Assembly: GCA_964522265.1 (NCBI GenBank)
Contig: CAZFVS010000037.1
Span: 1-6,439, forward strand
Reading direction: 5' to 3'
From: an uncultured Gammaproteobacteria bacterium
Lineage (GTDB): Bacteria > Patescibacteriota > Microgenomatia > Daviesbacterales > UBA10151
Length of the DNA stretch: 6,439 nucleotides
In this document: positions 1 to 4,147 of the stretch, piece by piece
How the letters are laid out: each line of letters opens with the position of its first letter
How positions within the stretch are numbered: position 1 is the stretch's first letter
The notes under the pieces: generated by a model
Told to the model about the DNA's origin: nothing
Databases searched by the model: none
Seen by the model: only the letters and a program-made list of their open reading frames with translations
Position numbers and translations under genes: made by a program

Positions 1-901
1 GGATTCCCGCTTCCGCGGGAATGACAGCTGTATCTTCGCTTCTTCTGGAAAAGGAAAGCACCATTGCTATAGTAATGTAGTATTTGAGTGAGTAGAGGAA
101 GAAGAACATACCAAAACCTAAAGCTATCAGGGAAAGTACTAGACCTATGGATAAAGCAATACCCCCTGCTGTGAAAATAAATTTAGACAGGGAGAGCAGA
201 CCATAGGCTGAAACCAGGGAAAAAAGTGTCAGGACAAAGATAAAGCTTCCTTTGACAACAATCCCCTTTCTTTGGGGCCCAAGGGCAGTGACCCCGGCAA
301 GTATGGTTTGGGTAGAAGCAAAGAAACGCGAGAGAAGAGTTGGTTTGTGGAACGCTTGAGAATATATCAAACGAGCATCGTAAGTACTCAGATTATATCT
401 TTTTAGGACATTTTGTACCCCATGGTTAGACAGGATCGGTTTGCCTCCAACCTGAGGCAGGGTCCAAACCAACCGGTGGCTTGATAACTCCGGGTATTCC
501 CTGACAGCAGAAAGCACCACCTCCTCATATTCCTCCGGAGCTTGGTTAAAGTACCTTTCTACTGTCGGTTTTTTATCCCATAAAGACTCCAGTTTGCTCC
601 CCGCCGGAGCGCTCTCGTACCTCTCCTGCCATTTATAAAATACTGTCCTGGAAACGCCAAATAATGAACAAACCCTGGCAACGCTCTCGCCAAGCTTTAC
701 CCTCTCAATCATTTCACGCCTGTCCTGAGGCCTTAACAGTTTTTCTTCTCGTACCTTTTTTTGATTTTTATAACGGTTTAATAAGCGGTATAAAAGAGTG
801 CGGGAGATATCAAATTCTTTACAAAGCCTGGATATATTTTCACCCTGAAGAGCCCTTTTAATAACTTTTGCGCGCTCCTCGGCAGTTAATTTGGCAGACA
901 T
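1..901 (-). CDS. Edge-truncated ORF absent from the supplied track. It has an N-terminal transposase-like HTH / homeodomain-like DNA-binding array followed by 2-3 transmembrane helices. It is probably the N-terminal part of a larger membrane protein, possibly a GT2-type glycosyltransferase.
   Basis: Hand translation of the minus strand starts at the ATG at complement 901-899 and gives 300 sense codons with no stop down to base 1. The sequence reads MSAKLTAEERAKVIKRALQGENISRLCKEFDISRTLLYRLLNRYKNQKKVREEKLLRPQDRREMIERVKLGESVARVCSLFGVSRTVFYKWQERYESAPAGSKLESLWDKKPTVERYFNQAPEEYEEVVLSAVREYPELSSHRLVWTLPQVGGKPILSNHGVQNVLKRYNLSTYDARLIYSQAFHKPTLLSRFFASTQTILAGVTALGPQRKGIVVKGSFIFVLTLFSLVSAYGLLSLSKFIFTAGGIALSIGLVLSLIALGFGMFFFLYSLKYYITIAMVLSFSRRSEDTAVIPAEAGI... 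The two 'xxSRTxxYxWxxRY' segments are typical of IS3/IS481-type transposase N-terminal HTH domains. Hydrophobic stretches follow. The ORF finder probably missed it because the window contains no stop codon for it. Confidence 0.7.
   Translation of the reverse strand, partial: MSAKLTAEERAKVIKRALQGENISRLCKEFDISRTLLYRLLNRYKNQKKVREEKLLRPQDRREMIERVKLGESVARVCSLFGVSRTVFYKWQERYESAPAGSKLESLWDKKPTVERYFNQAPEEYEEVVLSAVREYPELSSHRLVWTLPQVGGKPILSNHGVQNVLKRYNLSTYDARLIYSQAFHKPTLLSRFFASTQTILAGVTALGPQRKGIVVKGSFIFVLTLFSLVSAYGLLSLSKFIFTAGGIALSIGLVLSLIALGFGMFFFLYSLKYYITIAMVLSFSRRSEDTAVIPAEAGI
3..22. repeat. GC-rich perfect palindrome (8-bp stem ATTCCCGC / GCGGGAAT, 4-nt loop TTCC) lying in frame inside the ORF. It resembles a dispersed REP/MITE-like hairpin family.
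   Basis: The palindrome can be read directly: attcccgc-ttcc-gcgggaat. It is a sharp GC island in AT-rich context. It is translated as VIPAEAGI on the minus strand and IPASAGMT on the plus strand. From memory, peptide signatures of this kind recur in hypothetical proteins that derive from small palindromic repeats. Confidence 0.45.
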
Positions 902-907
902 AATTTT

Positions 908-936
908 AGCTTAGCAATTTGCATAAATGTTGTCAA
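908..936 (-). promoter_or_regulatory. Candidate sigma70-type promoter for the HTH-membrane ORF: TTGACA-17 nt-TAAGCT. The -10 hexamer ends 6 nt before the ATG, which suggests a leaderless transcript.
   Basis: The minus strand reads TTGACA (complement of 931-936), a 17-nt spacer, TAAGCT (complement of 908-913), aaaatt, then ATG. No Shine-Dalgarno motif lies upstream of the ATG. Confidence 0.3.
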
Positions 937-942
937 CTACTT

Positions 943-990
943 TGTAAACACCTTGTCCGTGAAAACAGCTTCAATTTTCGTGTAAACACC
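943..990. repeat. Perfect 10-bp direct repeat TGTAAACACC, two copies (943-952 and 981-990, 38 bp start to start), upstream of the HTH ORF promoter.
   Basis: Both copies can be read directly. On the minus strand each is GGTGTTTACA, which contains a -35-like TTTACA. Confidence 0.5.
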
Positions 991-1069
991 AGGTGGGTAC
1001 AGTATGCCAATAGCCTATTATTATAGTCCTAGCTGAAGAATCCTTCCGGAATTGGTCTAAAAATAGGTT

Positions 1070-1088
1070 TTTGAGGCTAATTTGAGGC
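1070..1088. repeat. Direct repeat TTTGAGGC, two copies spaced 11 bp apart (1070-1077 and 1081-1088). A third TTTGAGG lies at 1409-1415.
   Basis: Read directly. The 11-bp spacing is about one helical turn. Confidence 0.4.
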
Positions 1089-1369
1089 AGATCTTATTGA
1101 TTTTTTTATAGGATTAGGGCATTCTTTATTGTAAGTCTTATAATTTTTAGATAAATTTGAAGGTATTTTTTACCATTGTTGCCTTTTGATATAATTTGTA
1201 CATTACATTACAAATTTATTTGCTTTTTATTTTTCAACAAAATTGGCCAAAAAACCCTATCAGAAAGGATCTATATATATAAACTAAAAGACTGAAACGG
1301 AATTGCGTTTTTTTATGTGAAAAAATTGTGTTGTTTAGACTATTCCCTGATGTTACTCATTTTGGTCTA

Positions 1370-1398
1370 TTGACAAGTATCTTACCTTAATGTAGTTT
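1370..1398 (+). promoter_or_regulatory. Candidate sigma70 promoter TTGACA-17 nt-TAGTTT. If active, it would give hspR a 5' leader of about 165 nt.
   Basis: A perfect -35 TTGACA lies at 1370-1375, followed by a 17-nt spacer and a weak -10 TAGTTT at 1393-1398 that keeps the TAnnnT core. Confidence 0.3.
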
Positions 1399-1430
1399 AA
1401 TTACGAGTTTTGAGGTTGGCAGAAAAGAAT

Positions 1431-1475
1431 ATATGGTTTTTAAAAATCTGTTAATCTTTGTTATATAAACCATAT
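1431..1475. repeat. 9-bp perfect inverted repeat ATATGGTTT / AAACCATAT with a 27-nt AT-rich loop.
   Basis: Read directly at 1431-1439 and 1467-1475. The loop contains the AT palindrome TTTTTAAAAA. Confidence 0.4.
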
Positions 1476-1519
1476 TATGTTTGTTATTTTTCACAATAAA
1501 AACCAGGGTTTAGAAGGTA

Positions 1520-1538
1520 TTGATAAAGATCGTATCAA
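1520..1538. promoter_or_regulatory. HAIR-like operator candidate (HspR-associated inverted repeat architecture): TTGATA-N7-TATCAA.
   Basis: A perfect 6-N7-6 inverted repeat ends 34 nt upstream of the hspR-like start codon. It shares the TTGA-N11-TCAA core and the N7 spacing of the HAIR consensus CTTGAGT-N7-ACTCAAG. Confidence 0.45.
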
Positions 1539-1558
1539 ATTTTCAGTTATATTGTATA

Positions 1559-1564
1559 TATAAT
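1559..1564 (+). promoter_or_regulatory. Consensus -10 hexamer TATAAT 7 nt upstream of the hspR ATG. This may indicate a leaderless hspR transcript.
   Basis: TATAAT lies at 1559-1564 and the ATG at 1572. No Shine-Dalgarno motif lies between them, and no good -35 is present. AT-rich context makes chance hexamers likely. Confidence 0.3.
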
Positions 1565-1571
1565 TTCTACT

Positions 1572-1877
1572 ATGCGCACCGAAGAGCCTATTTTAACAAT
1601 ATCCGTAGCCTCAAGTTTATTGGGTCTGCACCCGAGAACATTAATGCTTTACGAAAGCGCTGGTTTTTTGAAGCCATTTCGGACCGGTACAAACAGAAGG
1701 ATGTATTCTGTGAAAGATCTGGAGGAGTTGCAGTTTATAAAATTCCTGACCCATGAAAAAGGGATTAATCTGCAAGGCGTAAAAACAGTCCTGGAAGCCC
1801 TGGAAATAGGGCAGGAGCATGCAATAGACTTAAAAAAGCTTCTTTTCCCTCTGTTTGAGGCAAAACAGCTTATTTGA
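1572..1877 (+). CDS. hspR: MerR-family transcriptional regulator, HspR-type (heat-shock repressor-like).
   Basis: The ORF is 101 aa. The segment ISVASSLLGLHPRTLMLYESAGFLKPFRTGTNRRMYSVKDLEELQFIKFLTHEKGINLQGVKTVLE lines up with the HspR signature recalled from Streptomyces HspR: ISVA..LSGLHPQTLRQYDRLGLVSPDRT..GRRYSARDIELLR....LS.DEGINLAGIKRIIE. Confidence 0.85.
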   Translation: MRTEEPILTISVASSLLGLHPRTLMLYESAGFLKPFRTGTNRRMYSVKDLEELQFIKFLTHEKGINLQGVKTVLEALEIGQEHAIDLKKLLFPLFEAKQLI

Positions 1878-1984
1878 CTTAAAAATCTGCCCCTTAAAAA
1901 TGATGTTATATTGGGGGATTTTTACTGTTGGGTTTTATATAGGTATGATATTGTTCTTTATAATTTTTTCTGATAAAGAATAGC

Positions 1985-2962
1985 CTATACTCTTTTAACA
2001 AATATCATTCTTCCGGCCGGAACCTGTATCATACGGCTTACTTCTGTTTGAATCTGCATACCTGTAAGCTCCGCACCGTCCTCCACCACAATCATTGTTC
2101 CGTCCGGCAGATATCCTATCCCCTGTTTGGGATCTTTACCGGCATGGACAACTTTAACATTCAATCTCTCCCCGGGGATAGAAATTGTTTTCACGGCATT
2201 AGCCAGTTCGTTAACATTTAAAACAGGAACATTAGCTATGGTTGCCACCCTATTCAAATTGAAGTCTGTAGTAATAATCCTGCCATGCAGGTTTTTGGCG
2301 AGCCGCAGAAGTTTTTCATCCACATCGCCTCTTTGGGAGGATTCCTTATCCCATGTCTCAATTCTGATACCTTTTACTTTTTTGAGGTCCTCAATGATTG
2401 CAAATCCTCTTCTCCCGCGACTCCTTTTGAGATAATCAGCGCTGTCGGCAACCTGTTGGAGTTCAGATAAAACAAACGTCGGCAGCAGCACCGTACCATA
2501 CAAAAAACCCGATTTGGCTATATCTAAAATCCTGCCGTCAATAATGGCAGAGGTATCCAGAAGCAGCGGCTGGTTGACTGAAACCCCTCCAACAGGCGCT
2601 TGCGGAGGAAAAGGGGCAGTGATAGAGCTTTGCCGGGGAAATCTTAAAAGCTGATCCATAATCTCAGTCATAAATCTGGTTATAAACTTATTTAACAGGG
2701 TCAGTACGTTCACAGTAATAATTCTGGCAATCTCGGTAAATAACCCGTATCCTAACAAGCCAAACCACAGGGTAATCATTACCCTGATTAAAGTATGGTT
2801 GATCGGAGGAAAATCTGGAACAACTTCAGAAAATATGAAAGCAGGCAGGGCAAAAACAAGGGCCAGAACCAGCCTTAAAATAACTTTTAATATATCGGGG
2901 TCATTAAAGGTTTTTTTAAACCCACGCCGCAACCTCGAAAATGAAAACTTGCGGATCCGCAT
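1985..2962 (-). CDS. yacL: PIN/TRAM domain-containing membrane protein, YacL family.
   Basis: The ORF is 325 aa. Hydrophobic helices at the N-terminus are followed by a PIN domain (LLLDTSAIIDGRILDIAKSGF...PTFVLSELQQVADS...KRSRGRRG...ITTDFNLNRVA...VLNVNELANAVK). A TRAM-like C-terminus follows (GIGYLPDGTMIVVEDG...VPAGRMIFVK). A possible SD AAGGA lies 11 nt upstream of the ATG. Confidence 0.88.
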   Translation of the reverse strand: MRIRKFSFSRLRRGFKKTFNDPDILKVILRLVLALVFALPAFIFSEVVPDFPPINHTLIRVMITLWFGLLGYGLFTEIARIITVNVLTLLNKFITRFMTEIMDQLLRFPRQSSITAPFPPQAPVGGVSVNQPLLLDTSAIIDGRILDIAKSGFLYGTVLLPTFVLSELQQVADSADYLKRSRGRRGFAIIEDLKKVKGIRIETWDKESSQRGDVDEKLLRLAKNLHGRIITTDFNLNRVATIANVPVLNVNELANAVKTISIPGERLNVKVVHAGKDPKQGIGYLPDGTMIVVEDGAELTGMQIQTEVSRMIQVPAGRMIFVKRV

Positions 2963-2976
2963 TAAAGATAATTTCC

Positions 2977-3018
2977 TTTAGCAAGGGAGTAATTCAAGAT
3001 TGTATAAACCTTGCTAAA
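2977..3018. promoter_or_regulatory. Perfect 10-bp inverted repeat TTTAGCAAGG-N22-CCTTGCTAAA between the predicted yacL promoter and its ribosome-binding site. The outer bases (TTAGCA...TGCTAA) match those of CIRCE.
   Basis: Read directly, with arms at 2977-2986 and 3009-3018. The left arm abuts or overlaps the AAGGA SD (complement of 2974-2978). Confidence 0.4.
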
Positions 3019-3021
3019 AGT

Positions 3022-3050
3022 ATTCTGCCACAAAGTGAAGCAGGTGTAAA
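3022..3050 (-). promoter_or_regulatory. Candidate sigma70 promoter for yacL: TTTACA-17 nt-CAGAAT, with an AT-rich UP-like region upstream.
   Basis: The minus strand reads TTTACA (complement of 3045-3050), the 17-nt spacer cctgcttcactttgtgg, then CAGAAT (complement of 3022-3027). Confidence 0.3.
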
Positions 3051-3065
3051 GCAGAAGAATAAATC

Positions 3066-3172
3066 AAATTTACAATTTTTAATTTACAATTTACAATCAA
3101 TATTCAATTTATCAATTATTAATTGTATCATTGAAAATTCACTGAAAATTGAAAATTGTTACTTGAAAATTA
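3066..3172. repeat. AT-rich repeat array. Three plus-strand copies of AATTTACAA face four minus-strand copies of AATTTTCAR (TGAAAATT on the plus strand). Together they form a ~33-bp imperfect inverted repeat around a ~40-bp centre.
   Basis: AATTTACAA lies at 3067-3075, 3081-3089 and 3088-3096, with spacing 14 then 7. TGAAAATT lies at 3132-3139, 3143-3150, 3150-3157 and 3164-3171; the last three have the mirrored spacing 7 then 14. A hand alignment of 3066-3098 against the reverse complement of 3140-3172 gives about 23 of 33 matches. The last copy overlaps the TAA stop of the upstream CDS. Confidence 0.5.
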
Positions 3173-4120
3173 CCTTGTTCCCAATATAATTTCCGCGTCA
3201 ACTGTGTCTGAATCCTTTAAGGCAGCGGAAGAGGAAGCAGCATCGAATTGGCCGGCCAGATCGGCAACCAGCTGGTCAGCTAAAGCCTGCGCCGAAGCTT
3301 TCACCCTTACTAAGGTTTTAGTAAAAGCAGAGTTGGTGGCATTGCCGGTTTTACCTGTCTTATACCCTAATTCCTTAAGCTGAGCAGAAACCGAAGCAGC
3401 CAGCCCTGTTTTGGTAGTCCCGTTTAAAACCCTGACTGTAAATTTAGCACGATCTTCTTTACTGAGTCCGGGTACAGGTGTTGGCGCGGGGGTAGTGGTG
3501 ATAACTGCCCTAGTGATTGAAGGTGATGAGGATGGTGTTTTTGAACCGGAAGGCTGGTTTTTCAGAAGATAGACTATAGCGGCAATTACTCCCAATCCAA
3601 TCAGTCCTAAGATTAATATGCGTTTAGAAGATTTTTTTTCAACTTGAGATCCACGCTCGCGGTAATGAAAATTGAGCGTGGGTTTTGGTGAGTGCAGGTT
3701 AGGAATATGCAGCTGCTCCCGGGCCAGGTCATCCATTGTATCTACCGGACTATCCTCTGTATGAGCCGGGATACCAAAATTCCGGTGGATTCGTTCATCC
3801 GGTACAATCATATCCTCATCTTCCTGCCCTTCCGGACTCTCAGGTTCTTCCGGATTCTCAGGTGCTTCAAGGCTCTCAGGTTCTTCCGGATTCTCAGGTG
3901 CTTCAAGGCTCTCAGGTTCTTCCGGACTGACCTGTTCCTCCTCAAACTTGTTCTCATCATCTTTATCCACCACTACAGGCCCTTTCCTTAAAGCTTCCAG
4001 TTTTCTTGAGATATTATCATAAGCTTCATTAACCTTTTCCTCCTGTGAAGCATGCCGTCTGGGCTCTTCCTCCTCTGATGAAACTGGTTTTGTTTTTTCC
4101 AATAGCTCCCTTGCTTTCAT
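3170..4120 (-). CDS. Single-pass membrane protein with a long acidic, repeat-containing cytoplasmic N-terminus and an extracytoplasmic LytR_C domain (the C-terminal domain of LytR cell-envelope-related proteins).
   Basis: The ORF is 316 aa. A strong SD GGAG lies 9 nt upstream of the ATG. The N-terminus is rich in E, D and P and carries PEEPESLEAPEN repeats. The transmembrane helix is ILILGLIGLGVIAAIVYLL, followed by an S/T/P linker. The C-terminus FTVRVLNGTTKTGLAASVSAQLKELGYKTGKTGNA...TLVRVK...AQALADQL...DAEIILG matches the LytR_C pattern. Confidence 0.8.
   Translation of the reverse strand: MKARELLEKTKPVSSEEEEPRRHASQEEKVNEAYDNISRKLEALRKGPVVVDKDDENKFEEEQVSPEEPESLEAPENPEEPESLEAPENPEEPESPEGQEDEDMIVPDERIHRNFGIPAHTEDSPVDTMDDLAREQLHIPNLHSPKPTLNFHYRERGSQVEKKSSKRILILGLIGLGVIAAIVYLLKNQPSGSKTPSSSPSITRAVITTTPAPTPVPGLSKEDRAKFTVRVLNGTTKTGLAASVSAQLKELGYKTGKTGNATNSAFTKTLVRVKASAQALADQLVADLAGQFDAASSSAALKDSDTVDAEIILGTR
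3837..3926. repeat. Perfect in-frame 36-bp tandem repeat, 2.5 units, inside the acidic N-terminal region of the LytR_C protein.
   Basis: Units 3839-3874 and 3875-3910 are identical (ctcaggttcttccggattctcaggtgcttcaaggct). A further 16 nt repeat again and 2 nt extend to the left. The unit encodes PEEPESLEAPEN. Confidence 0.9.
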
Positions 4121-4147
4121 TTTTTTAAACTCCCTATAAAAATATTA

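Noticed and set aside
664-861. 65-aa plus-strand ORF from the track.
   Set aside because: It lies antisense to and entirely inside the 300-codon minus-strand HTH ORF. It has no SD and no recognisable motifs, so it is a shadow ORF.
1-940. Insertion sequence / transposase, suggested by the IS3/IS481-like HTH motifs.
   Set aside because: No DDE catalytic region follows the HTH modules; transmembrane helices follow instead. There is no frameshift site and no terminal inverted repeats are visible. It therefore looks like a domesticated DNA-binding module rather than a mobile element.
1040-1056. SRP-RNA domain IV-like string on the minus strand (UUCCGGAAGGAUU... compared with GUCCGGAAGGAAGCAGCC).
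   Set aside because: The GGAA tetraloop context matches over ~10 nt, but the conserved AGCA/CAGG symmetric-loop residues and the flanking helix complementarity are absent. It is probably a chance match centred on the TTCCGGAA palindrome.
1044-1250. Two 8-bp palindromes with GC cores, TTCCGGAA (1044-1051) and TTGGCCAA (1243-1250), in AT-rich DNA.
   Set aside because: They are short, different from each other and without flanking symmetry. Palindromes like this are expected occasionally by chance and nothing points to a function.
902-1571. Chromosomal replication origin. The gap is AT-rich and has DnaA-box-like TTTTTCACA at 1487-1495 and, inverted, at 1316-1324, plus GTTTTCACG (complement of 959-967).
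   Set aside because: Only two relaxed-consensus boxes (TTWTNCACA) are present. There is no cluster, no canonical TTATCCACA and no adjacent dnaA or dnaN. Whole-contig GC-skew would be needed, and on this evidence it is not supportable.
1520-1756. 78-aa plus-strand ORF overlapping hspR in another frame.
   Set aside because: It starts at a TTG inside the operator-like repeat and is out of frame with the clearly homologous MerR/HspR reading frame. Its composition is low-complexity and Y/F/N-rich, as expected from AT-rich DNA.
1878-1984. Intrinsic terminator between the convergent hspR and yacL genes (CCCC...GGGG followed by a T-run; duplicated CTTAAAAAT).
   Set aside because: The stem is only 4 bp with a 19-nt loop, too weak to call a terminator. 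Termination here may be Rho-dependent or use a structure I cannot resolve by eye.
2951-2960. 10-bp palindrome GCGGATCCGC at the start of yacL.
   Set aside because: It lies within codons 2-4 (RIR) of the CDS. It is short and isolated, so it is most likely coincidental.
2127-2981. Plus-strand ORFs 2127-2435, 2285-2470 and 2799-2981.
   Set aside because: All are antisense to the well-supported YacL PIN/TRAM CDS, so they are shadow ORFs without motifs.
2941-3189. 82-aa plus-strand ORF spanning the yacL / LytR_C intergenic region.
   Set aside because: It is translated from the AT-rich repeat array, giving a low-complexity I/N/L/K-rich product. It has no SD and overlaps the ends of two good CDSs on the other strand.
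3837-3926. CRISPR-like repeat.
   Set aside because: The 36-bp units are directly adjacent with no spacers, and they lie in frame within a CDS. This is a coding tandem repeat, not a CRISPR array.
3156-3991. Plus-strand ORFs 3156-3383, 3692-3991 and 3736-3930.
   Set aside because: They are antisense to the LytR_C-domain CDS. The repeats in their translations merely mirror the 36-bp tandem repeat.
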